Source: an uncultured virus (IMG/VR IMGVR_UViG_3300021957_003318) (taxonomy: Duplodnaviria; Heunggongvirae; Uroviricota; Caudoviricetes; Demerecviridae). Taken from it: a stretch of DNA of 64,000 nucleotides. Where the stretch lies: IMG/VR virus record IMGVR_UViG_3300021957_003318; one strand, given 5' to 3'. The first letter of the stretch is position 1. Each line of letters opens with the position of its first letter. The position numbers were made by a program, and so were the translations under genes. Below are positions 8,280 to 18,116 of the stretch, piece after piece. Under the pieces are notes generated by a model. That model had not been told where the DNA came from, ran no database searches, and saw only the letters and a program-made list of their open reading frames with translations.

Positions 8280-9574
8280 TACAAATTAGCAGAACAGACA
8301 TACTTTCAGATGCCATAATGAGGTTTGATGAAAGAAGATTTATTAAACTTCCTATAGATGGATATATGGACTTACTTGGTATTACACCAAACACTTCACA
8401 GCATGGAATCATAAATGCAATCAACAATCCCAAATATCGTTTTATTACTGCAGCTGTTTCTCGTAGACAGGGCAAAACTTATATTGCGAATATAATTGGA
8501 CAATTAATTACTTTAGTACCAGGTTCTAATGTTTTATTAATGTCCCCAAACTACTCACTATCACAAATCTCTTTTGAATTACAGAGAGGACTGATTAAAC
8601 ATTTTGACTTGGAGGTTACAAGAGATAATGCAAAAGATAAAGTTATTGAACTTACAAACGGTTCTACAATACGTATGGGTTCTGTTAACCAAGTGGACTC
8701 GGTTGTGGGTAGAAGCTATGATCTCATCATATTCGATGAGGCCGCTCTCGTTGACGGGAGGGATGCTTTCAATGTTGCGCTCAGGCCCACACTAGATAAA
8801 GAAAACTCAAAAGCACTCTTTATATCTACTCCAAGGGGTAGAAACAATTGGTTTGCAGAGTTCTGGCAGAGAGGATTCTCAGACCAGTTTCCAGAATGGT
8901 GTAGCATAAAAGCAACTTACCATGAAAACCCTCGTATATCAGAACAAGATATTCTAGAAGCAAGAAAAACTATGTCAGAGAATGAGTTCAACCAAGAATA
9001 CATGGCAGACTTTAATGTATTTGAGGGACAAGTATGGGCATTTAGTCACGAAGAATGTGTCTCTGATTTGACAGAATTAGATACTTCTAGAATGGATGTT
9101 TTTGCAGGAATGGACGTAGGGTACAGAGACCCGACTGCTTTCTGTGTTATAGCGTATGATTGGGATAGTGAGAAATACTACTTACTTGACGAATACTTAG
9201 ATGCAGAAAAAACAACAGAACAACACGCTATACAAATTCAAAAACTAATAGCTAAGTGGGAGATAGATTATATCTATATTGATTCCGCGGCTCAACAAAC
9301 AAGGTTTGACTTTGCACAAAATTATGATATTAGTACTATCAATGCGAAGAAATCAGTACTAGATGGTATTGGTCACGTCGCAGGTATAGTAGATAATGAT
9401 AATCTAATAATTCATCAAGCATGTAAAGAAAGCCTGTCTTCAATAGACCAGTATCAATGGGATCCTAATCCTAATCTTTTGAGGGAAAAACCTAAACACA
9501 ACATGGCTTCTCACATGGCCGATGCTCTTCGCTACGCTTTGTACTCATTCGAGACAAGCGCCACTACATTTTAA
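8276..9574 (+). CDS. terL: Terminase large subunit (T5-like)
   Basis: Walker A SRRQGKT, Walker B LIIFDEAA, FISTPRG, nuclease GMDVG and HMADALRY; TTG start. Confidence 0.95.
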   Translation: MIQISRTDILSDAIMRFDERRFIKLPIDGYMDLLGITPNTSQHGIINAINNPKYRFITAAVSRRQGKTYIANIIGQLITLVPGSNVLLMSPNYSLSQISFELQRGLIKHFDLEVTRDNAKDKVIELTNGSTIRMGSVNQVDSVVGRSYDLIIFDEAALVDGRDAFNVALRPTLDKENSKALFISTPRGRNNWFAEFWQRGFSDQFPEWCSIKATYHENPRISEQDILEARKTMSENEFNQEYMADFNVFEGQVWAFSHEECVSDLTELDTSRMDVFAGMDVGYRDPTAFCVIAYDWDSEKYYLLDEYLDAEKTTEQHAIQIQKLIAKWEIDYIYIDSAAQQTRFDFAQNYDISTINAKKSVLDGIGHVAGIVDNDNLIIHQACKESLSSIDQYQWDPNPNLLREKPKHNMASHMADALRYALYSFETSATTF

Positions 9575-9586
9575 TTACCCCTTCAA

Positions 9587-9625
9587 AAAATAGTTCTTGA
9601 CATTAGCTTGAAAGTTTGATAAAAT
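9587..9625 (+). promoter_or_regulatory. Sigma70-type promoter for head genes
   Basis: AAAATAGTTC-TTGACA(9597-9602)-17 bp-TAAAAT(9620-9625), with TG extension. Confidence 0.8.
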
Positions 9626-9645
9626 TCTATTATACAAGTAAAGTT

Positions 9646-10017
9646 ATGGATTTAAAAAGAGATTTAGTAAAATATGTTCGCGACAAGGCCAAGTCTAAAT
9701 ATAAAAAAGATGCGGAATGTTATATTTGCGGAGAACAAGAAAACTTAGATTTCCATCACTTCTACGGTTTAACCGAATTATTAGAAATGTGGTTACGTAG
9801 AAACAAGATACACATAACTCAAGAACAAGAAATATTAGCACTTCGTGAACAATTTATAAAAGAGAACGAAGATAAAGTCTATACTCATGCTGTTACACTA
9901 TGTCATAGTCATCATTTAAGATTACATGGCATATACGGAAAACGCCCAAAGCTAGTAACAGCCCTAAAACAACAAAGATGGGTCGAGATACAGAGAGACA
10001 AATATGGCATGGTATGA
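9646..10017 (+). CDS. HNH-type nicking endonuclease (T5-like, between terminase and portal)
   Basis: RDKAKSKYKK..ECYICG..LDFHH...TLCHSHH..LH; same position as the T5 nickase gene. Confidence 0.75.
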   Translation: MDLKRDLVKYVRDKAKSKYKKDAECYICGEQENLDFHHFYGLTELLEMWLRRNKIHITQEQEILALREQFIKENEDKVYTHAVTLCHSHHLRLHGIYGKRPKLVTALKQQRWVEIQRDKYGMV

Positions 10018-11212
10018 TAGATTTATAAACAGAAGCGACGAGGTTAAAGAAAACCCTGCGCAATATGTTATATCTCGTGACCAAGGTACAACTATTCAAT
10101 CACAGGAAGTAGTACATAGTTACAGAAATGCCTATGAACAACTAGAGATAGTAAACAGAGCAGTCAACATGATAGTGGATGACGCTGCTGAAATACCTTT
10201 TGACGTTGGCGAAAAAATGCTAGGTGCTTCTCCTGTAGTTAAGAACATTAGAAGAAGTAGAGTAGACTTGCTATTAAACACAGAACCTAACCCGTTTCAA
10301 GATGTAAGCACATTTAAAAGAAATCTCTTAATAGACTTATTGATTGACGGTAATATTTTTGTGTACTTTGATGGTGCACATCTGTATCATCTTCCAGCGG
10401 AACATGTAACTATACATAGTGATGATAATACTTATATAGAAAAGTTTTCATATGATAACACTATAGATTACAAACCTTCAGAAATTATACATATTAAAGA
10501 AAACTCGTTTAAATCTATTTATAGAGGCGTACCAAGATTAAAACCTGCACTTAGAACTATGCAGTTACTAGGTAGCATGAGAAGATTTCAGGATAACTTC
10601 TTCAAAAATGGAGCAGTACCTGGATTAGTACTTAAATCACCAAATACTCTTTCTGAGAAAATTAAAGAAAGAATGTTACAGGCATGGGTTGCCAGATACA
10701 ATCCACAGTCTGGTGGCAGAAGACCATTGTTTTTAGACGGTGGACTTGAGGTAGAAAACTTAACAGAAATTAGTTTTAAAGACTTAGATTTTCAGGAAGG
10801 AATTGCTTCCAATGAAAAGATTATCTTAAAAGCTTTAGGTATTCCACCGATTTTAATGGACAGTGGTAACAACGCTAACTTGCGACCAAACCACCGTTTG
10901 TTTTATTTAGAAACCATATTGCCTATTACTACAAAAATAGCATATGCTTTCGAGAGATTTTTCGGTTTCAAACTTGATGAAAATGTATCAGATATACCTG
11001 CACTACAACCAGAGTTAAGAGACCAAGCGGGCTACTATGCTACGCTTGTGAATACAGGTATAATGACACCGAACGAAGCAAGGGAGGCATTACGACTTGA
11101 AACAATTGAAGGGTTTGATCAACCAAGAGTTCCTGCGAATATCGCAGGTTCAGCAGCAAACCCAGAAGAAGGTGGCAGGCCGACAGAAGCCGCCCCAAGC
11201 GAGGAAGAATAA
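10004..11212 (+). CDS. Portal protein (HK97 family, T5 pb7-like)
   Basis: PNPFQ, DGNIF, FFKNGAVPGLVL, GIMTPNEAR; 402 aa. Confidence 0.93.
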   Translation: MAWYDRFINRSDEVKENPAQYVISRDQGTTIQSQEVVHSYRNAYEQLEIVNRAVNMIVDDAAEIPFDVGEKMLGASPVVKNIRRSRVDLLLNTEPNPFQDVSTFKRNLLIDLLIDGNIFVYFDGAHLYHLPAEHVTIHSDDNTYIEKFSYDNTIDYKPSEIIHIKENSFKSIYRGVPRLKPALRTMQLLGSMRRFQDNFFKNGAVPGLVLKSPNTLSEKIKERMLQAWVARYNPQSGGRRPLFLDGGLEVENLTEISFKDLDFQEGIASNEKIILKALGIPPILMDSGNNANLRPNHRLFYLETILPITTKIAYAFERFFGFKLDENVSDIPALQPELRDQAGYYATLVNTGIMTPNEAREALRLETIEGFDQPRVPANIAGSAANPEEGGRPTEAAPSEEE

Positions 11213-11214
11213 TT

Positions 11215-11493
11215 ATGACAAAAGATATGATGGTAAAAGCTTTTTCAGACTTTATGGCGTCAAAAGGCGTTGAAACAATGACATTAGCTGAATACAAATC
11301 ATATGGTAACGATGTTCCAGTATTTGACTACGTTTTACGTAGAAGAATAGGTAGCTGGAATAGAATTTTATCATATGTAGCAAACAGACATCCTGTTTCT
11401 TTACCTAAGACAGTGAAAGTAGCACCTAAGAAGGTAACACCTAAGAAGGTTGCTCCTAAAACTGTGAAGAAGGAGACAAAAAATGTCAAATAA
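11215..11493 (+). CDS. Hypothetical protein with APKK basic tail
   Basis: Lies between portal and protease; KVAPKK repeats. Confidence 0.7.
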   Translation: MTKDMMVKAFSDFMASKGVETMTLAEYKSYGNDVPVFDYVLRRRIGSWNRILSYVANRHPVSLPKTVKVAPKKVTPKKVAPKTVKKETKNVK

Positions 11494-13537
11494 AATTTAT
11501 CATTGGACGAGTACTTTTAAATCATTAGGCGAAACCGAAGATGGTGGAATAAACATCAAAGGTTCTGCAAGTACAAATGCACTAGATAGAGCTGGAGATA
11601 TAATCGAAAGCGAAGCGTGGACTAAAGGTGGATTGGAGAACTTTAAAAACAATCCAATTATACTTTTTAACCATGATTATAACAAACCTATCGGTAGAGC
11701 AACTGGTTTAGAAGTCACTGACAAAGGCCTAGATATTACTGCAAAAATATCTAAAGCTGCAGGTGACATTACTCATTTAGTGAAAGATGGTGTCCTTGGC
11801 GCTTTTTCAGTTGGATTTAGATGCAAAGAATCTGACTATATGACAGAGCACGATGGATATAAAATTAAAGACGCGGAACTATTTGAAGTCTCAGTAGTAT
11901 CAGTACCTTGCAACCAAGGGGCAACCTTTGGATTAAGCAAGTCATTTGATTCTATGGATGATTACAGAAAGTACCAAAAAGAAATATTACAGGCTAACTC
12001 AACTGCACCAGCAGATGCTGTTAAAATTGAGCAGCCAAGCGAGGAGAAATCCTCATCAACGGAGACTGATATGTCAGAAGAAAAAAAATCTCCTGAAACT
12101 TCAATCGATCTTGAAGCATTTGCAAAAAAAGTAGCAGAAGATACTGCGACTAAAATTGCGATGAAGCAAGCCGAACAGAAGGCAGCAGACGAAGCTAAAC
12201 AACAAGAAGCAATTCAAGTTGAAGCTGAACAAAAAGCTGTTCAAGAAGCAAAGGAAATGGAAACAAAAACTATAGTGGAAGCTGGTTTGACAGGAGCTGA
12301 AAGGCTAATGAACGACCTAGAAACTAGAGTCAATGAAAAACAAGAAGACTTAAAATCAGTAGTCGATAGCCTAGAAAAGCAACTCGCTGAGAAATCAGAA
12401 GAAATCATGAATATTCGTGAATCTAAAAGAGTTTTTGCTAATAGACAAGGTAACGGCGACTGGAAGAAAGACTTTGAACAAGATGTTATGGATGCAAAAT
12501 TTGCTGGTTTAGCGACTGGTAAAGGTTGGGATACAGACTACTCTAAGTCATTAATGGAAAAAGTTAATGCACAAGCAGGTGTAGAAGTATCTTCAGCTAA
12601 CTTTGAACAGTTAGTATCAACATCAATTGAAAGAGATATCCAAAACGAGCTAGTATTAGCTCCATTATTTAGAGAAATTCAAATGAATTCCGCTAATATG
12701 GTTATCCCAGTATTACCAGACGCTGGTTATGCTGAATTTACATCAGGACAAACAGCTGGTGGAAGTAATCCAAAAGGAAACTTAGAAGCTAGAGGCGCCG
12801 CTTTAGGTGCTAATGATGGTGTTGACTTAACAGAAGTTACATTATCAACTAAAAAGCTTATTTCACAATCTTACTTAGGTAACGAGACTGAAGAAGATGC
12901 AATCATGCCTATCCTCCCTTTAATCAGAGAGTCAATGGTAAGAGCACATGCAAGAGGTATCGAGAATGCTATCTTAGCAGGTGACAATGCTGAAGGTGTA
13001 TATGGTACATCAGCAGCAGCTTTTGAAGGTTTGATTGAGCATGCAAGTAATGGTTCATTTAATACTGTAGACGTCGGTGGCGGTTCAGGTGGAATCTTTG
13101 CAGCAGGCGATGCTTTAACTGCAGCAGACCTATTAGGTCTAAGAAAGAACATGGGCAAATATGGTGTTAATCCATCAGAAGTTGTTTATCTTGTTTCACA
13201 AGAAGGTTACTACAACCTACTTGAAGATGCAGAGTTCCAAGACGCTAACCTAGTTGGTGACATGGCTACTAAATTAAGTGGTGAAATCGGACAAGTATTT
13301 GGCTCAAGAGTCATCTTATGTGACGAGTTCGCTTCTAAAGCAGCTTCAAAAACTGGTGCTATCGCAGTATACCCAAGAAACTATGTAATGCCTAGACTAA
13401 GAGGTGTAACAATAGAATCTGACTACGAAGTAGCAAACCAAAGAAGAGTACTAGTAGCTTCACAAAGATTAGGCTTTGCCGAATTGATTGAGAATGCACA
13501 CACAGTACACGGATGGAAGTACGCAGCAGCTAGTTAA
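11483..13537 (+). CDS. Fused prohead protease + scaffold (delta) + HK97-fold major capsid protein
   Basis: N-terminal HK97 protease motifs (DRAGD, LFNHD, FSVGF, EVSVVSVPCN), coiled-coil linker, then a T5 pb8-like capsid domain. Confidence 0.92.
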   Translation: MSNKIYHWTSTFKSLGETEDGGINIKGSASTNALDRAGDIIESEAWTKGGLENFKNNPIILFNHDYNKPIGRATGLEVTDKGLDITAKISKAAGDITHLVKDGVLGAFSVGFRCKESDYMTEHDGYKIKDAELFEVSVVSVPCNQGATFGLSKSFDSMDDYRKYQKEILQANSTAPADAVKIEQPSEEKSSSTETDMSEEKKSPETSIDLEAFAKKVAEDTATKIAMKQAEQKAADEAKQQEAIQVEAEQKAVQEAKEMETKTIVEAGLTGAERLMNDLETRVNEKQEDLKSVVDSLEKQLAEKSEEIMNIRESKRVFANRQGNGDWKKDFEQDVMDAKFAGLATGKGWDTDYSKSLMEKVNAQAGVEVSSANFEQLVSTSIERDIQNELVLAPLFREIQMNSANMVIPVLPDAGYAEFTSGQTAGGSNPKGNLEARGAALGANDGVDLTEVTLSTKKLISQSYLGNETEEDAIMPILPLIRESMVRAHARGIENAILAGDNAEGVYGTSAAAFEGLIEHASNGSFNTVDVGGGSGGIFAAGDALTAADLLGLRKNMGKYGVNPSEVVYLVSQEGYYNLLEDAEFQDANLVGDMATKLSGEIGQVFGSRVILCDEFASKAASKTGAIAVYPRNYVMPRLRGVTIESDYEVANQRRVLVASQRLGFAELIENAHTVHGWKYAAAS

Positions 13538-13556
13538 TAGCTAATTACAGGTTTTC

Positions 13557-13585
13557 GGTGGGTTTCCTTAAAACCCACCCTTTTT
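13557..13585 (+). terminator. Intrinsic terminator after capsid gene
   Basis: GGTGGGTTT-CCTTA-AAACCCACC followed by CTTTTT. Confidence 0.85.
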
Positions 13586-13589
13586 AACT

Positions 13590-14186
13590 ATGGCAGACTT
13601 AATAACAGTAAACGAATATAAAGACGCAGAAGGCCTTCGAGGGGAGAAGGATGATGATCGTCTAGCTGTTATAGTACCTCAGGTATCTGATTTAGTTAAA
13701 AAGTATTGCGGAACAAGTTTCGTAGATTTTTATAGTACAGATAAAGTTGAAGTTTTTACAATTGAAGATAACTATACTAACACCATAATTGTGAGTGAAA
13801 GCCCTATAGTTTCTGTAACAAAAGTAGAAGAAAGACAGAATTATTCAGATAGTTATACAGAACTTACTATACCTAAATATGAATACTATGTTGATGAAGA
13901 AGCCGATGCAATCATTAGAACTAATGCAGGTGGTAATCAGATACATTGGGCAAGAGGTGTAGGTGCTGTAAAAATTACATATAAAGCAGGGTATGCCTCA
14001 ACACCAAGAGATTTACAACTAGCTTTATTTGACTTAATTAATTACTACATAAAAGACGAGCATAAAGAAAGAAGAAGTTTGGGCGGAGCTGTCCAACAGA
14101 ATCAAGGTACTGCAGGAATCAGAAATAGTACTGACTTCCCAGACCACATAAAAAGGGTACTTGATTTATATAAAGTAGTTATTTAA
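13590..14186 (+). CDS. Head-tail connector / head completion protein (T5 p144-like)
   Basis: LIT..EYK, VKKYCG, ITYKAGY..TP.DL, FPDHIKRVLDLY; synteny. Confidence 0.85.
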   Translation: MADLITVNEYKDAEGLRGEKDDDRLAVIVPQVSDLVKKYCGTSFVDFYSTDKVEVFTIEDNYTNTIIVSESPIVSVTKVEERQNYSDSYTELTIPKYEYYVDEEADAIIRTNAGGNQIHWARGVGAVKITYKAGYASTPRDLQLALFDLINYYIKDEHKERRSLGGAVQQNQGTAGIRNSTDFPDHIKRVLDLYKVVI

Positions 14187-15907
14187 TGTCAGTAAAAAAC
14201 TTACGAGATATAATTGTACAAGAAATAGATAAAAATAAAGCACAATTAAGAGAATTACAATATCAAAATTACGTAGTTCACATGTATTTTTATAATAACT
14301 TAATAAAAGAACATGTACTTGACCTTATGACTCAAGCAGTTTTAGGAGTCACTAAACATGCAGGATTAAGCACAAAAGAAAAAAGTACACTAAATGGAGC
14401 TGTACAAAGGTACACAAATGGACAACTTAGTATAGGTAATATTGGCCATATACATGAAAAAGTAGGTTACAAAGTTTTTAAAGGGCCAAGCCCAGCACAG
14501 GCAAATGCTTTTGATAAACTAGTTAGTTATAGAACTCCTGGTATAAAAGGAACTCCTAAAATGCAAAAAGGCAAAGTAGGGCCAAAAGTAGTATTCGTGC
14601 ATGCTAGAGGTTCAAAACACTTTGGAGTACATTTAGGTATCGCACAGAATAACCCTTGTACTGTTGCAACTTATAAAGCTAGTATGGGTTCTGATGAAGC
14701 TAATAGAGCTGTTATGAGGACTATAATTCAAAACATAATTGATAATAGTACTTATCATATGGAACAAAAATTTCCGTACTTAAAAGGAGGAGCCAGAGGA
14801 CGAGGAGGCTTAACCAATAAAACTAGATTAGGTAATGATGGTCAAGACGGAAACCCATTCGTACAACCAGGACCTTTCAGTGCAAGAGGAAATTATGCTA
14901 GATTGCATGGTCCAGTAGCAGGTAGATTTAATAGTGGTACTCTAGACCCTACTGTAAATGACGAATATGGAGATACCTCAGTAGCTGTAGTAGGACTAGT
15001 TGAAACACTTAGAGGTGAAAAACAAAAAGCGCATTTAGCAGGAGACTTTGTAACAAGTTCAGCAACAATGTATTTAGCTTCTAAATTAGATGCTTCTTTT
15101 TCCGTTAATAGCACAACTATAAGTGATTTGCTAAAATTTGATAAAGTTATAGAATTTGCAATGGCACTAGGCTCAAATACTCCAGGCAGTACTCCAGGGA
15201 GCCAACAAGCCATGATGAGTAAATCTGATACAGACGCAGTATTAGATATAGTAGAAAAAATTGTAAACGATGTTTTAGCTAATCCAAAGTTTAATAAAGA
15301 TTTTAAAACATCTAAAGGCATAACACAAAGAATGGGTGAAATTGGTGGTTCTGCGTACTTAAAAGAAATATTAAGTAAGAAATGGTGGAACAAACCAAAT
15401 ATGCGTTTAAGGGTTAATAAGCAGTTAGTAAAGCTAGGCAAGAGCGAAAAAGAGATGTCAGAAGCTTTACATAGTGTAATAGTTGCAGGAGCTACTAAAC
15501 TACAAGGAAAAAGAAATCCTAAGAAAGGAAGAAAAGGCAGTAGTAAAGTAAGTAATAGGCAAAGAATAGCAGCTTCAACAAGTAAACAAAGACAAAGTCC
15601 TATGGCTTTGAAGAATTTAATAAATTCAGTATTACCACAAGCAGTGGCAATGAAAATGAATCCACCAAGTCTACGTTATAGAACAGGTAGATTTGCAAAC
15701 TCAGCCCGAGTTACACAAGTAATGCAAGGGCCAAGAGGAGGGTTACAGGCAGATTATACATACATGAGAGACCCTTATGGAACATTTGAACCAGGTGGAA
15801 AAATGGGTAGTGTGCAAAGAGACCCAAGAAGAATAATCGGGCAAACAATTAGAGAGATTGTTGCTCAAGCAATGCAAAATAAATTTATAAAAGTCAGGAG
15901 AATATAA
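14186..15907 (+). CDS. Tail completion protein (T5 p143-like C-terminus) with long N-terminal extension
   Basis: C-terminal LRYRTGRFANSA...YTYMRDPY..FEP...RDPRRII..TIR; synteny. Confidence 0.7.
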   Translation: MSVKNLRDIIVQEIDKNKAQLRELQYQNYVVHMYFYNNLIKEHVLDLMTQAVLGVTKHAGLSTKEKSTLNGAVQRYTNGQLSIGNIGHIHEKVGYKVFKGPSPAQANAFDKLVSYRTPGIKGTPKMQKGKVGPKVVFVHARGSKHFGVHLGIAQNNPCTVATYKASMGSDEANRAVMRTIIQNIIDNSTYHMEQKFPYLKGGARGRGGLTNKTRLGNDGQDGNPFVQPGPFSARGNYARLHGPVAGRFNSGTLDPTVNDEYGDTSVAVVGLVETLRGEKQKAHLAGDFVTSSATMYLASKLDASFSVNSTTISDLLKFDKVIEFAMALGSNTPGSTPGSQQAMMSKSDTDAVLDIVEKIVNDVLANPKFNKDFKTSKGITQRMGEIGGSAYLKEILSKKWWNKPNMRLRVNKQLVKLGKSEKEMSEALHSVIVAGATKLQGKRNPKKGRKGSSKVSNRQRIAASTSKQRQSPMALKNLINSVLPQAVAMKMNPPSLRYRTGRFANSARVTQVMQGPRGGLQADYTYMRDPYGTFEPGGKMGSVQRDPRRIIGQTIREIVAQAMQNKFIKVRRI

Positions 15908-16368
15908 TGGACTCAACAACAGCAAGAAGATATTCGTCGCGTCGTAGAGCCATAGTTGAAGCAATAGCAGTAGCACTGGAAGGAATAAATGGACAACCTC
16001 CATTTAGATGTTCGGTAGCAAAAGTAGAGCGTAGACTTAAATTCTGGGATGAAGTAAATGAATTTCCAACTATACATGTTGGAGCAGGTGCGGAAACCAG
16101 AGAATATGATGGCGGTGGATTTCGATTTAGATTTTTAACAATAACAGTTCGATGTTATGTTTCTGACGACAATGATGTCGTAGAAGCTCTCGAAGAATTG
16201 TTAGAAGACGTTGAAACTGTGTTGGAGGATAATGATCCCTTAACCTACACAGACTCAACAGGAACATCTCATACTACAGTGCAGACTACAATTGCTACTG
16301 TAGATACAGATGAAGGCGTATTAGAACCTCTGGGTGTAGGAGAAATCACCTGCGAGATTCGATATTAA
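15907..16368 (+). CDS. Tail terminator protein (T5 p142-like)
   Basis: 153 aa, acidic; FWDEVNEFP, TDEGVLEPLGVGE; lies just before the tube gene. Confidence 0.82.
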   Translation: MDSTTARRYSSRRRAIVEAIAVALEGINGQPPFRCSVAKVERRLKFWDEVNEFPTIHVGAGAETREYDGGGFRFRFLTITVRCYVSDDNDVVEALEELLEDVETVLEDNDPLTYTDSTGTSHTTVQTTIATVDTDEGVLEPLGVGEITCEIRY

Positions 16369-16382
16369 TGGAGATATAAAAA

Positions 16383-17609
16383 ATGTCATTTTTCTTTAGT
16401 AGAGATACAAAAGTTTTCATGAAGTGGAGTGCTGACAGTACAACTGCCAATACAGCTCTTTATGAAATTCCTGTGTTGGATGGATTTTCGTTCAGTCAGG
16501 CAACAAATACTACCGAAGTAACTTTGAATGAAGCAGCCGGAACAGGTGGTTATAGTAAAAGAGGTAGAACAATGTTCACCGATTCTTACGCACCAGCTGA
16601 ATGGAGCTTTAGTACTTACATCAGACCTACTACATCGGCAGCTGGTTCAGTTGCGGCGGATGCAGGATTACACGCTGGAAACGGTAAAAAGTTTGCAGTA
16701 GAGGGCCCACTATGGGCTGCTATGGGTGGTAAGGATTATCAGAAAGCAGTTGGAGAGTCAGGAACATTTGATCCTGCAGCTCACGAACCTAATTCTTTTG
16801 ATTTTGCAAATTCAAATAACGTACTTATCGGAACGTTTGACCTATTCTTTGTTCTTGGTGCTACCAAGGATACTGAAGGTACAACATTTACAACAGGTAC
16901 AGACGGAGTAACCGTTTATAAATTAGCAGATTGTTCAGTTGGTTCTGCAACAATTGACTTTGATATTGATGGTATCGCGCAAGTAGCGTGGTCTGGAAAC
17001 GGTAAATCAATAACAGAAACAGCTTCTTTAGTAACAACTGGTGGTGGTGAAACTACTCTCGGTTTAATTAATGAAGGTCTTTCTTCAACAGGAAACTTTA
17101 TCAGACAGAAGTTAACAGATTTAACAGTCGTATATGATGCATCTGAAGTAAGTGGAGCAACTGGAGCTTTAGGCAACAGTGATATCACTTTTGGAGTAAC
17201 CTTAACAGGTGGAAGTATAAGTATTGAAAACAATCTTACTTATCTAACCCCCGAAACACTAGGTACTGTTAGTCAGCCATTAGGTCATATAACAGGTACT
17301 AGAAATGTTTCTGGTAACTTTACTTGTTACTTAAACGCTGAATCAAATGGGTCTTTAGACTTATTTGAAAAGATGCAGGAATCAACAGGAATTATTACTA
17401 ATGCTTTTGCCTTAACATTTAACATAGGTGGAGGAAGTAATACTCCTAGATGTACAGTAGCTTTACCAAAAGCGCATATGGAATTACCAACTCATAGTAT
17501 TGAAGACGTAATTTCAGTAGATGTCGCTTTCCATGGTTTATCAACTGATTTATCATCATCAACTGCAGCTGATGCAACAAACGAAATGAGTATAACATAT
17601 ACATCATAA
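16383..17609 (+). CDS. Major tail tube protein (T5 pb6-like)
   Basis: RDTKVF, EIPVLDGFSFSQ, PAEWSFSTY, FDIDGIA, NNLTYLTPE, TGTRNVSG. Confidence 0.9.
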   Translation: MSFFFSRDTKVFMKWSADSTTANTALYEIPVLDGFSFSQATNTTEVTLNEAAGTGGYSKRGRTMFTDSYAPAEWSFSTYIRPTTSAAGSVAADAGLHAGNGKKFAVEGPLWAAMGGKDYQKAVGESGTFDPAAHEPNSFDFANSNNVLIGTFDLFFVLGATKDTEGTTFTTGTDGVTVYKLADCSVGSATIDFDIDGIAQVAWSGNGKSITETASLVTTGGGETTLGLINEGLSSTGNFIRQKLTDLTVVYDASEVSGATGALGNSDITFGVTLTGGSISIENNLTYLTPETLGTVSQPLGHITGTRNVSGNFTCYLNAESNGSLDLFEKMQESTGIITNAFALTFNIGGGSNTPRCTVALPKAHMELPTHSIEDVISVDVAFHGLSTDLSSSTAADATNEMSITYTS

Positions 17610-17617
17610 ACTAACTA

Positions 17618-17655
17618 GAATGAGTGAGGAATCCAATCCTCACTCGTTCATTTTT
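17618..17655 (+). terminator. Intrinsic terminator after tail tube gene
   Basis: GAATGAGTGAGGA...TCCTCACTCGTTC followed by ATTTTT. Confidence 0.8.
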
Positions 17656-17666
17656 GGAGAATAAAA

Positions 17667-18116
17667 TTGGAAAACAAAGAAGTAGTACAAGAATTAAAAA
17701 AAGAACCAATATCGCTTAAGAGCTTACTTGCTCCTAGCAAAACCGTAGAATTTGATTATCCTGGGATGGAAGGTTTCAAAGTTAAACTAACTTATCTTGC
17801 AAGAGAAGAGTTATTAAAATTACGTAATAAATGCGTAACTAACAAGTTTAATAAGAAAACTAGAGCATACGAAGAAGAATTCGATGCAGATAAATTCCTA
17901 CCTCAGTATATATCCGCAGTTATAAAAAACTGGACTGGACTGAAGTATAAATACTTAGAAGAGCTTCTATTAGTTGATACATCAGGGGTCGATACAAATG
18001 ATTGCTTAGAATTTACACAAGAAAATTGTGAAGTTCTAATGAAAAATTCAAACGATTTCGATACATGGGTTACTGAACAAGTTGGTGACTTAGAAAATTT
18101 TACAGAACGCAAGTAA
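17667..18116 (+). CDS. Tail assembly chaperone (gpG-like)
   Basis: GGAG SD with TTG start; lies between tube and tape measure genes. Confidence 0.82.
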   Translation: MENKEVVQELKKEPISLKSLLAPSKTVEFDYPGMEGFKVKLTYLAREELLKLRNKCVTNKFNKKTRAYEEEFDADKFLPQYISAVIKNWTGLKYKYLEELLLVDTSGVDTNDCLEFTQENCEVLMKNSNDFDTWVTEQVGDLENFTERK

